Assembly (NCBI GenBank): GCA_016748015.1
Contig: JAAOMT010000597.1
Location: 372,001 to 436,000 of the forward strand
Reading direction: 5' to 3'
Length of the DNA: 64,000 nucleotides
DNA from: Geosiphon pyriformis uo1
Taxonomy: Eukaryota > Fungi > Glomeromycota
Shown: positions 37,021 through 49,774 of the stretch, piece after piece
Position numbering within the stretch: the stretch's first letter is position 1
How the letters are laid out: each line of letters begins with the position of its first letter
Notes under the pieces: model-generated
Told to the model about the DNA's origin: nothing
Database searches by the model: none
The model's input: only the letters and a program-made list of their open reading frames with translations
Program-made: the position numbers and the translations under genes

Positions 37021-37655
37021 TTATCACATGTATTAATCACTAATGTCATATAATTAGCCACTCTATTTTTAGATGATGATCATTGATCTGATCATTAATT
37101 TAGTTATTGACTTGATTATTGATTATTTTTAATAGTTATATAAGTAATAAATCTCTTAGCTATAGAAAAGCATATAAAAATTAAAGAAAAAAAATAAATA
37201 AAATAACAATTTTTATCTCAATTATTTTCTTATTGCTAATTTTTCTTTCCTTACCTTCAAATATCTAAATATCTTGGAATAAAAAATTATTTGTTGGTTA
37301 TTTTCTACCTTTTCTTAAAACGTGTAATTGTAGCATTTGAAGATTATTAAATAAAATGTAACTGAAGAGTATATCTAATACTTGATATTAAATTCTAAGA
37401 GCACTGATGTAAGACATAGAATTATACTAGTGTGTAATTATTTGTTGACAGTATGGATTATCTCTCTACTTTCAAATTCTCTGATTATCTTTTAAAAAGT
37501 ATAGTAACTGAGATATTTTATGAGACTAATTTTGCATATTGAATCCATACTCATTTAATTTGCTCTTTGAAGTTGAATTCTCTTTGATTCCTTTCATTAT
37601 CTTACAATTTTGTTCTCTCTTACTATCTGTTAGCTTGTTATTTCAACCCATAACA
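36990..37655 (+). repeat. 3' LTR of C
   Basis: Follows PPT GGAGAGAATAA; ends CCCATAACA. Confidence 0.9.
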
Positions 37656-37673
37656 ACATAATAGCAAACATAT

Positions 37674-38422
37674 TGTTATGGTTAAAACTTATACTTTTTA
37701 TTAATTATCACATATATTAGCCACTGATATCATATAAATTAGCCATTCTATTTTTAGAAAGTAATTATTGACCTGATCAATGACCTGACTATTGACTTGA
37801 TCATTGACTTAATCATTGATCTGATCAATAACCTGATCATCGACCTAATCATTGACCTGATTATTGACTTAGTCATTGAACTAATCATTGACTACTTTTG
37901 ATAGCTATATAAGTGATGAATCTTTTAGCTATAGAAAAGCATGTTCAAAATAATCAAGAATAAATAAAATAACAACTTTCATCTCAATTATTTTTTTATT
38001 GCTAATTTCTCTTTCCCTACCTTCAAGTATCTAAACATTTTGAGATAAAAAATTACTTGTTGGTTATTCTTTACCTTTTTCCTGAAACATGTAATTGCAG
38101 CATTTGAAGATTATTAAATAAAATGTAACTAAAAAGTACATCTGATACCTGATATTAAATTCTAAGAGTGCTAACATGAGACATAAAATTATACCAGACA
38201 TAATTATTTGTTGACAATACAGACTATCTCTCTACCTTTAGATTCTCTGGTTATCTTTTGAAAAGTATAGTGACTGAGATATTTTATAAGACTGATCTCA
38301 CATATTGAATCCATACTTATTCAATTCACTCTTTGAAGTTGAATTCCTTTTTGATTCTTTTTATCACTCTACAAACTTGTTTTTCCTTGCTATCTATTAG
38401 CTTGTTACTCCAACTCATAACA
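37674..38422 (+). repeat. 5' LTR of G (11 x 12-bp units at ~37762-37893; TATA near 37907)
   Basis: TGTTATG..ATAACA. Confidence 0.93.
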
Positions 38423-38474
38423 TAAAAGTGGTGCTTTCTGTAAAGTTGTCAAAATCTTTTTTGTTTCCTATTGT

Positions 38475-41400
38475 ATAGTTAATTATTCATACCTGTCATA
38501 ACAATTAGAAGAACACTTTGAAGCACATAACAAAAATGATCTAGACTTTATTGAACTCAATTCTTTGCCCTTCTGCTTGATTTGCTTCTCCATTAAAAAA
38601 CAATCCAGCAAACAATTCCAAGACTTTTGAAACTGGTTCCTGAATGAGCATTCAGCTGAAACCTATACAGCCTACACAACCTATTACTTTGACCAAGCTT
38701 ATTTTGAAGACAATTTTAAAGAAAGAAACAACAGTATCAATTAGCTTTTACACTCCACAACTTTTGAACAACAGCCCTCTGATTTCGAATATCTGAATCA
38801 TCAAATCCACATTTGGATTGCTGCTTATCAAGCAACTAAAACTCTCTTTGAAACTGAAAAAAAAAGCTATCAAACTGCTCCTGTTTTTGACTTTTTATCA
38901 AGTAAATCAGATTTATTCACACAAACAGTTACTCTTAAACCAATGGCTAATGATCCCATACAACAAAACATTCTAATTGCTTTCCAAAGCATACAAACTG
39001 CTCTAAGGCAAAGAAACAATACTCTACTACCATTATTCAAAGGTAATGCACAAGATCCAATTGAATGGTTAGATGACTTTGAAAGAGCTGCCACAGCCAA
39101 CCAATATGATAATGAATACAAGTTTCAAATTGTTGGTGACTATCTTCAAAGCTCTTCTGCCACTTGGTTCTCACAAAAAACTGATGTTGGTGCTCACCAA
39201 AGAATCATTAGATGGGCACCAACAAATGCTAGAGAAGAAAACACTTCTTTCACAACCCAGTTTGAAACTAAATTTAGAACTCTTATCTTAATATCTAAAT
39301 GACACATGGAATTAGAGAAAAAAACTTAAGGTCCTGGTGAAGTTGTAACTGAGTATGTTAAAGTAATCAGAAAATTAATCAAGCAAGTAAATTTTAGAAA
39401 AAACTGGACAGAAGAGCAAAAGATTCATTTCTTTACAAAAAGATTAAGAACTGATCTTTTTTATGCTCTTTGGCCCTTCCTGGCACTGAAAGACAATCTC
39501 ACAATAGATATGGCTATTGAACTTGTTCAGAGAATAGAAGACAATCAAAGAATGTACTTAGGATTCACACTTCTAGTTTTTGTTTCTGCTTCTGTTATGG
39601 CTCCTGCTTCCCAAATAGTTGCTATCTCTTTTGCTGCCCAAACTCAAGACCCAAATGAACAGTTAATAGATAGACTCACAGCTAATCTTGCCTGATTACT
39701 AGAACTCTTAACTTAAGCAGTCAGAAAAAATCAACAAACTTAAAAACCCAGATTTGAACCCCGTTTTAATCAATCATAGCAACTCTCTTATCAAAGACAA
39801 CAAAATTGTGGCCCACTTGTGTGTTATCACTGTGGATTAACTGGACATTTCTCCAGAGATTGTAACAAATTTCTCCTGTCTTCTTTAGCTCTCAGAAACC
39901 ATGACAATCAAAACAACAGAACCATCAACAACAATGTTTTCAATTAAAGATCCAATTATGCTAACATCAATTTTTTTGAAGAGGATCTCTTAGTTGAAGC
40001 CATTATTTATTAGCCTTTAAACTAATAAGCACACCTCCAAAGAGTGAGAGTGCAAGCCAATCAGAAGAAAACTCCTTTTTTGCCTTTAATTTTACTAATG
40101 ATGACTATGATATAAATAAACTAGTAATCAATACTTCTGATTTGACAAGAAAAAAGAAAAAAGCCAAGATTGATTTTGTTCTAGATCTTAACAAAGCTTC
40201 AATCTTTACTGCTGATAACAATAAGCCATTAAAGACCAAAGTTTTTAAGAATCCTCCAAAGTTAGAACTCCCAGAAATTGTACAAAAATCTGGACCCTAT
40301 TCTGTTGTAAAAAATCTTATAAAAACTTCAGCACATATCACTTTTGGCCAGTTAATGACTCATCCACAGTTTAGAAAAGATCTTTACAAGTCATTAATTT
40401 CAAAGAAAAAGACACCAAAGACTAACAAATGCTTACACCAAGTTGAACTTGCTGACAGCAGTAATGTTATCTTTTTCATTTGTAAAGTTCAAGTGGCTGG
40501 TTATTTCATTGATCTGATCCTGGATAGTGAATTATCTGTTAGTATCATTGCCAAACACTTTTTAGAAGCAATTGACAGAAAGATTGATAAACCATCCACC
40601 AGACCAATGGCCAATATACATAGTAACAAGAAGAAAGATCTGAGCATAGCCAAAGCTGTTCCTGTTTAAATTAATGGCATTAGCATTGAAACTGATATGG
40701 AAGTATTTAAAGCAAAAAAGTACACCATAATTGTTGGCAACAAGTGGCTTAAGAAAGCTAAAGCACTACTTGATTATAAACTTTGTAAGCTAATTATCAG
40801 ATGTGGTGAAAAACCCATTATAGTTAAATGTTGCCATTGGACAACTTCTTTAGTACCCAAGCAGAATCAAGAAGAAGAACAATCAGATAAATCAGATAAT
40901 AATAAGAGCAATAAAAAAGAAGACCAAGAAGAACAAGAAGAAACTGCTGAACTCATCTATACTATCTTCATCAACAATGGCAAGCCACTAGACAATGTTA
41001 AAGCTAACAAAGAAAAAATTATGGTAAATGGCAAGCTAATCTGCTGGTCCTACTATGATATTCTCAGAAGAATCTTTGATAGAAAACCTGACAAGAAAGC
41101 AAAATACAGTTATTGGTGGCATAATCTTTGTGCCAAGTACTAGTGCAATAAACTTTTGTATTCCTCTAGTGATAAATACAAGTTCTGCCTAATTTATTAC
41201 AAAGATTGGGAGCCAATTAGTTTGATACCCAGAGAAAAACTAAAAGAAGTACAAAAGTCCTTTGAGAGTAAACTACCTAAAATTCAATTATTAGTTGTAG
41301 AACAAAAAGAACCTTCTCCTAAAGAAAAAAAAGTGGACATTGAAAATCTGTTGGCTAAAAATAGCCTAGTTATTTCAAAAGAAAATGATACCCCTGAATA

Positions 41401-42709
41401 AACTCATGTGATACAACATATCATCACCACAAAAGAAACTCACTCCATCTATTTAAAGTCTTATCAATCCAATTGATACAATAATGAGTTCATCAAGAAA
41501 GAGATAAACCAGATGAAAAATCTTGGATTCATACAAGAAACCAAGAGTGAATGGGCTTTTCCAGTTGTAATAGTATCCAAGAAAGATGGAACCCTATGCT
41601 GTTGTGTTGACTACTATCAATTAAATGCCATCACTATAAGAAACATGTACTTACTCCCCAAAATTGATGCAATGCTAAATAAATTCAATGGTGCTGCTTT
41701 CTTCTTAACCATTAACTTAACTGCTGAATTCTGGCAAATAGAGATGGATCCAGAAAGCAGAAAGAAAACTGCTTTCATTACCAAGTATGGTACCTATGAA
41801 TTTACAGTCATGTCTTTTAGTTTTATTAATAACTTTTCTACCTTTTAATGCCTAATAAACAAAGTATTTAAATTAGTAAAAAAAAACTTTGTTCTGGTCT
41901 ACTTAGATAACATAATGGTCTATTCAAAAACCTGAGATGAACACCTTAAACATTTACAGAAAATTTTTGATCTGCTCAAAAATGCTGGCCTTAAGATCAA
42001 CCCAATTAAATCTTTCTTTGGATGCCAATCCACCCAATTCTTTGGTCATCTTATTACAAAAGATAGAATCTTCTTTAATCTAGCTAAAGTTGAAAAAGTT
42101 CAGAACATTAGACAACCAATGAATGTTCTTGAACTACACTTTTTTCTTGGTTTGGTCTGTTACTACCACAAATTTATCAAGGATTTCTCCAAAATCGCCT
42201 TTTTTTTCAATCAGCTACTCAAAAAAAATGTCAATTATTACTAAAGAACTCATCAACAAAAAGCTTTTGAAATTCTGAAGGAAAAACTTGTTATTAAACC
42301 AATTCTCAAGCAATCTGATCTGGACCAACCTTTTATCCTCCATACTAATACATTTGGCTATGGACTTGGTGCTGTTCTTTCACAAAAAAATGAAAATAGC
42401 AGAGAATATGCCATAGTATATGCTAGTAGATTCCTTACACCAGCAGAAAAGAACTACTTAGTAACTAAACAAGAATGTTTAGCAGTAGTTTGGACTACTA
42501 GTTACTAAGATCAATATCTTCTTGGTGCAAAATTCTTAGTGGTAACAGATCATCAAGTTTTGGTTTGGCTGCACAATAAAAAAAAGCTGAAACACAAACA
42601 AATAACTTGCTGGATACTCCATTTGGATGAATTTGACTATGATATTTAACACCACAAAGGAGCAAATCATCAAAATGCAAACACTCTCTTTAGATTTACC
42701 ATCCAGTAA
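38475..42709 (+). pseudogene. gag (to 40028) and pol (PR-Cys insert-RT-RH, 40016-42709) of G
   Basis: QDPIEWLDDFE, CYHCGLTGHFSRDC, LILDSE, YLDN. Confidence 0.9.
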
Positions 42710-42773
42710 TAGTACAACCTCTTAAACCAAACCAACTTAATTATTAGTAACTCCTTTACAAACAAACATGATA

Positions 42774-44076
42774 ATGGACTTGAACAACTACTCTGTCTTA
42801 ATGAAATTTTTGAGTAAAAAACAATATTCACCAGAATACACTTGACAACAAAGAGAACATTTGTGCAAACAATCAAATTTCTATTTGATCCACCAGAACC
42901 AGTTATATAAAAGAAACAGAAAAGATTTTAACCACTCTCAAAGAGTCATCAGATTTGAAGAAAGAGAAATTGTAATATACAACATGCATACTGATCTATT
43001 AGCTAGACACTTTGAAAAAACAAAAACAATTCAGAAAACCTTAGCTCATTATTATTGGCCTACTTTGGAAAAAAACATTGTTGAATACATCAAAACCTGT
43101 GACATCTGTCAAAAAAAAAACAAATCCAATCACAAAGAAGATATTCATCTAATCTCTGTTGGTCAATCATTTGACAGAATTGGTATAGATGTTGTTGGAT
43201 CTTTAATAATAATTCCTGATAGCAACAAATATATTATCACAGCTACCAACTATCTTACAAAGTAAGAACCACTTCTAACCAAACAGCAGTCTCAATAGCC
43301 AATTTTATTTATGAAGATATCATTTGTCATTATGGCTGTTCCAAAAACTTTTATCTAATAAAAAAAGAGCTTTTCTCAGTATACTGGTTGAAAAACTTTG
43401 TAGAAAAATGGGAATATGTTATAAACTTTCTTTTTCTTATCACCTTCAAACAAATGGTCTAGTAAAATATTTCAATAGAACACTATGTAAAATCCTAGCC
43501 AAAACCAGTGAAAAAACAAACTTATGAGACAAAATACTGCTTTCAGCTTTGTTTGTTTATAAAACTGTAAATTATGACATAACAATTTATGAATCTTTTT
43601 ATCTGCTCTATAAACACATAGCAATACTACTAATAGAAACTAACATTAAGACAATACCCTTTAAAGAAATCACAATAAGAAATTACAAAGACATTTTGTA
43701 AAGAAGACTTGGTATCATTCTTGACTCCTTGATAAAAGCACGAATAATTGTTTTTAAAAAAATAAAACAGTTCCAAGAAAAGCTTAAGAAAAAAAAAACC
43801 TATAAAACACTCTCTTTAAGTGTTAGTGACTTGATATTGAAATACTATTTAGACAGAGACAATGTTTATGATAATAAATTCTCTAGTTGGTGGGAAAAAC
43901 CCTTTATAGTCAACAAAGTTTTGAACAATAGTTCTTATATTCTTTAAGATCAATCTGGAACAATCTTCAATGATTATCTTGTTTATGGTACACGACTTAA
44001 AAAATATCATAAATGACCTAATTAGTTGCTTGTTGTGGTAATACCAACTCAAATGATTAACAAAAATCAAGTATAA
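42774..44076 (+). pseudogene. Integrase of G, own ATG
   Basis: HTDLLARHF..CDIC, FDRIGIDVVG, QTNGLV. Confidence 0.88.
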
Positions 44077-44117
44077 ATAAATGCACTATTCCCAAAACAG
44101 AGGTATCTTCAATTGAC

Positions 44118-44774
44118 ATGAACAATTATTTTCTGGATTAAAACATTCAAAATGCCTTCTATACTCTTTATGAGTATTGGATCAAAAACTATCCAAATAC
44201 TACTTTGATCATTGGAAAACAAACCATTATAACTGATAACAGTGGAACACATACTGCTATTAGACCAAAAAAAACTACTACCAGAAGAGAAAAAATTGGT
44301 AGTAAAATAGATAAATATCTGTTGGAAAGTATAACAACAGCTATACTCTCACCTTTCAGTACAATTGGAAAAACACTTTAAAAAATCTTACCCATAGACA
44401 AAAACTTGTTATATGGAAGGCAATTAGAACTTTATGATTACCTTAGTAAAATCATAGAGGATATGAAACTTATGAAAAAAACAATTTCAAAAATACAGGC
44501 AGAAATTTTGGGCATTATATGGTTAGATGTCCTAAGAGTTTTAATTATTGCTAAAAGAACCAAAACTCTAATACAAAGATTTAGTTTTTTGAATACAAAA
44601 CTCATTTCACCTCAAGTATTATATATCCTATCCATGAAAGACTTCAACAAACTAGTTAGTTTTAAGTTAGATAAAACTTTTCAAATAGATTACACCATAA
44701 ATAGCTTGATTTTATCAGAGCTTAATCTCTTTGAAGAAGATGATATTATAGTTGAAACTTATACTTCTTATTAA
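44118..44774 (+). pseudogene. ORF3 of G
   Basis: 657 bp, homologous to ORF3 of C and E. Confidence 0.83.
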
Positions 44775-45449
44775 TTATTACATGTATTAGCCACTCTATT
44801 TTTAGAAAGTAATCATTGATCTGATTAATAACTTAACCATTGATCTAATTATTGACCTGATCATTGACCTGATTATTGACTTAATCATTGACCTAGTTAT
44901 TGACTTGATTATTGACCATTTTTGATAGCTATATAAGCAATAAATTTCTTAGCTATAGAAAAGCATGTAAAAATCAAGAAAATCAAATAAATAAAATAAC
45001 AACTTTTATCTTAATTATTCTTTTATTGCTAATTTTTCTTTCTCTACTTTTAAGTATCTAAACATCTTGGGATAAAAGATTACTTGTTGGTTATTTCTTA
45101 CCTTTTTTCTGAAACATGTAATTGCAGCATTTAAAGATTATTGAATAAAATGTGACTAAAGAATACATCTGATATCTGATATTGAATTCTAAGAGTGCCA
45201 ACATGAGGCATAGAATTATACCAGGCATGATCATTTGTTAACAGTATGGACTATCCTTTTACTTTCAGATTTTTTGGTTATCTTTTGAAAAGTATAGTGA
45301 CTGGGATATTTTATGAGATTGATTTTGTATATTGAATTCATACTTATTCAATTCACTCTTTGAAGTTGAATTCCTTTTTGATTTTTTTTATCACTCTACA
45401 AATCTGTTCTCTCTTGCTATCTGTTAGCTTGTTACTTCAACCTATAACA
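44744..45449 (+). repeat. 3' LTR of G (9 x 12-bp units)
   Basis: Matches 37674-38422. Confidence 0.93.
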
Positions 45450-46789
45450 ATATTATTATTTTCTAATACACTTAAAAAAACAGTTAAAAAAATCTTGCCT
45501 ATAGATAAAAATCTGTTATATAAAAGACAATTAGAGCTTTATGGTTAACTTAGTAAAATTATAGACATAAAGCTCATAAAAAAAACAACTTTTAAGATAC
45601 AAGTAAAAATTTTAGGCATTATATAGCTAAATATTTTCAGAGTTTTGATTATTACAAAAAAGCCAAAACTTTTATATAAAAATTTAATCTCTTAAATATA
45701 AAGCTTATTTTGCTTTAGATACTATATATTCTATTTACAAAAGACTTTACCAAACTAGTTATTTTAAGTTAAATATAACTTTTCAAATAGAATATTTTAT
45801 AAATAATTTGATTTTACTAAAGCTTAATCTCTTTAGAAAGAATAATATTATTGTTAAAATCCATAATTTTTTTTAGTTATTATATGTATTAGTTATTAAT
45901 ATTATATAATTAGCCACTTTATTTTTAGATAATAATTATTAATTTAATCATTAACTTAATTATTGACCTAATTATTAACTATTTTCAATAACTATATAAG
46001 CAATAAATCTCTTAGTTATAGAAAAATATATAAGAATATATGTAAAAAATTAAAAAAATAAAACAATATTTATTAATTCAATCTTTTTTTTATTGCTTGT
46101 TTTTTTTTCTTTATTCTTTATCTTTAAGTATTTGAATATCTTAGAATAAAAGATTCGAATTTAGTTGGCATTTTGGGTTGTCTGTTTGCACATAGATTAC
46201 ATGATCTGCAAGTGCTTAGCTGAAATTTTCATTATTTTTTGCTTTTTCCATCTTGTGTTAATATTGATCTGTTAAATAATTTTTTAACTGGTGTAGTCCA
46301 TATTTTTTTGAAATGTAATCTGTCTCTGGGTGGTTTTGTAACTAATGCTTTTCGTTTCCAGAGTGGTACCTCTTTGTCTCTTGTTCTTGGTAGTTCTAAG
46401 TTTTTCAAATGTGTTTTTTCACTTCAATAGTATGAGATTGCTTTTGCTAAACAGCTTTACAATTGTGTTGATGCAGTTTTTGATTGAAAAACATTTAAGT
46501 GGTGAAAAAAATTGGATCTGTATTGCCCAATTCCAAACTGGTTTGGGCTTTCTGTTTATTTTTTTAATGGTGCTCTTTTTTTTTTCATTTGTTCTTTTCT
46601 TTCAGTGGGCATTGATTCATTGAACATTCTTGAGTCTCATAAATTTAGAGTTATTTGTGACTGTTTGTTGGGTGTTGATGCTGGTTGCCTTTTTGTTTAT
46701 ACAGATGAATCTCTTAGCAGTTTGAGAACTCTTGACATGAAGGCTGGTACAGCAGTTTTTTTTGAGAATATTGATTTGGATTTGGGTGT

Positions 46790-47654
46790 TGTTACAGATG
46801 ATTATTTGAGATCTCAAAGCAAATAACAAATCTGTAACTTGGTGCTTGATTAGTATTCTGGTGTCGATATCTGAAGGTTTGGTTGATCTGAAAGTTTGTT
46901 GTAAAGTTCTTTGTATAATAAACAAAGATTTAATAGTTGTTTCAGTAGTCTCCCGGAATTGCAATTCTGTTAAATTTTTTTCTTAGTGTGGTGGCTGGTA
47001 ATCTTCCTGGTAAGCTATCCTCAAATCTATGAGTGTTCTACCCTTGTTTCATGGGTCTTTTACCAGTTCCTATGATGTTTGTATCTTAGTGCTTAATCCT
47101 GAATCAATTTAGTAAAACCAAAGAAATAACAAAAAGAAATAAAAGAAAATAAAAGAAGATAAAAAAATAAACAAAAGCAATTGCAAATTAGTATTCCATC
47201 AATAGCCATGATCAAGAGCTATTGTTTTAGTGCAGTTAAGTATCAGTTACTATCAACATAAAGTGTTGATAGTGGAGAGTAGATTGAAATAGTGAATAAT
47301 TATTTATTAATATTTGTGGATGGAAGGTTGTTTAGATTAGATTTAAACTGAGAGGTTTTTAACTAAAGGATTCTGTCTTTTCTACCTCTAGCACTACTGC
47401 TATATATACATAATTGAGATTTCTCAATTTCTCAATTCTTTACACCAGAAATCCTAGAATTCCTGAAATCTTGTAATTCCTTTTGAAAGGAATCCTGGAA
47501 TTCTGGAATCCTGTAATTTCTTGTACAAGAATTCTGAAATTCCTGGAATCTTGCAATTCCTCTTAAGAGGAATTTTGGAATTCCATATTTACTATGACTA
47601 CTTCTGATTGGCTAATTTATATGCTAATATACTCTCTATGTTTTATAAGTAACA
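46790..47654 (-). repeat. 3' LTR of F (865 bp; GGAATCC/GGAATTCC array at 47416-47585)
   Basis: TGTTAC..GTAACA. Confidence 0.95.
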
Positions 47655-47668
47655 TTATTCTCTCCTTT

Positions 47669-48307
47669 TTAATATTGAGCTCCATTGATATCTTCCAAGT
47701 CTTCTAACTCTACTTCTCTGTCTTTGAGTATTTTTTGAACTTCTTTTTCAAGAATTACTTGAGTTATTTTGTTTTGTAATTCTTCAAATTGGATGTTGGT
47801 TATTTTTTCCATTTGATTAACTGTAATAAAGTCCATTTCTGAATTCAGTAAGATTTCTGGTCTGTCTTGAAATCTAGTATGTAGCCAATAAATAGCTCTT
47901 GCTTGTGTAGTTAAATTGTTTTTTTTCACAAATTGTTCTAGTTGTTGCAGTATAGCTGTATCAAATAATTATTTTGTTTTATCCGTGTATAAGTTCTGAA
48001 TATTTAAGTATTATCCCAAGTGGAAATAACAAAAATTTCTTGGAAATTTGTGTATCCACTATTTTCATGTTTTTTTGGTCAACTTTTGATATGTGGTGAC
48101 ACTTGTTGATTTTTCTATTGCTAATTTTATTTTCAGAACTATTTTGTTGATAGTGTTTTCTGTTTTCCTTTAACTTTTGTATTTGGGTATCTTTTTGGTA
48201 TCTTGGTATCGAATGGTTTGTTGATTGATAGTAATTTCCATATTCTGTTGTTGAATTAATTGGAATAGTTGTTGTGCTAGTGAGTGAATATTGTCAGTAA
48301 TTTCTAT
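47669..48307 (-). pseudogene. ORF3 of F (213 codons)
   Basis: (M)EITDNIHSLAQQLF..YFHLGxYLNIQNLY..INGAQY*. Confidence 0.82.
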
Positions 48308-48361
48308 TTTTTTGAAGTCTTTTGTTACATTTACTATGTCTTTATATACTTTTTTTATTGT

Positions 48362-49744
48362 TCAATTTTATGTGTTTGGTTTAATAATTATAATTGGTTC
48401 TTAATCTCGTGGAATCTCATCTGGTTGAACTAGTATTCTTTGTATTTCCACTTGTGGAATATTACTGGTAGATGGTAACACTATATGGTGATATGGTTTC
48501 AGTTGATCACCATGTGCTGTTTTGGCTAAAATTTTATTGTCCCATCTTAATTTATAAGCTCTATTTCAAAAAATTTCTTCTATGTGAAATGGTCTGTCCC
48601 ATTTGGGGTCAAATTTTTCACTCCATTGTTTTTCCACTTTAGTACAATGTAAAAGTACTTTGTTCTCAATCTTGAATTCTACTGGTTTATCTGGTAGTTG
48701 GTTATTATATCATTTTTTTTGCTTTTCTTGTGACTTTTGGATATTATCAGCTGCTTTTTGTCATCTGTTTTCTAGTGTTTCCATTAAGTCATATGTTCTT
48801 TTCAACAATGTTTCTTGAAAATTATCTTTTGTTATTGGCTTAGTTGGATATGTATTAACCTCTATCTCAACTGATAATATTGCTGTTCTACTATATACTA
48901 ATTTAAATAGTGTTGTTTGTATAGTGTCTTGCTTCATTGTTCAATAAGCAAATAATATTAATGGTATAAACAAATCCCATTCATCCTGGTTTTTTTGACT
49001 GATCTTGGTGATTGCTTTACACAATGTTTTATTAAATCTTTCAACTAACCTATTTGTTTGTGGATGGTATAGTGATGATAATAGTCTTTTTATCCCAAAT
49101 CTTTGACTTAATTCTGTCAGTATTCTATTCATAAAGTGAGTTTTTTGATCTGATATTAGTTCTTTTGGACATCCATATTGACATATTAAATCTTGATAAA
49201 CAAATTTGGCAACAAATTTTGCATCTGTTCTTTGAATGGTTTTTGCTTCTGGCCATTTTGTGAGATAATTCATGGCTACTACAATATATTTGTTGCTTCT
49301 ACTGGTGATTGTTAATGGTTTGACTAAGTTAATCCCAATACGATCAAATGGTTGTTCCACTTTAATTGGTCTTAATAGTTCACTAGGTCTTGTTTTTCCT
49401 CTTCTTTGGCAAGCATTACAATTTTGAACATATTAGATGATATCTGAATACATTGATGGCCAATAATATCTTTTTCTGATTATTTTTATGGTTGCTTCTT
49501 TATGAAAATATCCTGCTGTTGAATCTGAATGCATGTTGAATAATATTGTCTCTTTCTCTGGTTCTGTAATTACTTTGGTTGGTTGATCTGAATTTCTTTT
49601 ATTCTTTTAGTAAAGTATATTTTGATGGTTGATAAAATATTTTGATTGTTGTTTTATGTTCTTTTGTTCCTTCTAAGATAATTTCTCCTTGAACAATTGG
49701 GTATTTATATAATGTTGTAGTTGTTGGTATTTTTGTATATTCAT
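48362..49744 (-). pseudogene. Integrase of F (MNIQKYQQLQHYI...)
   Basis: PFDRIGINLV, YLTKWPEA, LISDQ, YHPQTNRLVERF. Confidence 0.9.
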
Positions 49745-49774
49745 CTTTTGTTCTATTTTTGGGTTGAAATGTTT

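Larger units (their letters stand above)
13773..37655 (+). mobile_element. Element C (family beta), fragmented host of B, D, E and a solo LTR; segments 13773-16437, 25274-27283, 35003-35371, 36238-37655
   Basis: Segments rejoin across TSDs and are colinear with the intact-layout copy G. Confidence 0.92.
37674..45449 (+). mobile_element. Element G (family beta), full length, inserted in ORF3 of H
   Basis: LTRs 37674-38422 and 44744-45449; TSD ATAT; PBS 38429-38445. Confidence 0.95.

Noticed and set aside
38160-38260. Hairpin or hammerhead ribozyme in LTRs (ACCAGAGAA..CCTGGT antisense in beta; CTGATAC..GAAAC in alpha)
   Set aside because: Catalytic core consensus is incomplete by eye; would need an Infernal search
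46617-46964. ORF inside alpha LTR U5 (..TTIKSLFIIQRT..HQVTDLLFAL) as a real protein
   Set aside because: Homologous DNA in B is read in shifted frames, and the track ORF runs out of the LTR into antisense LINE sequence
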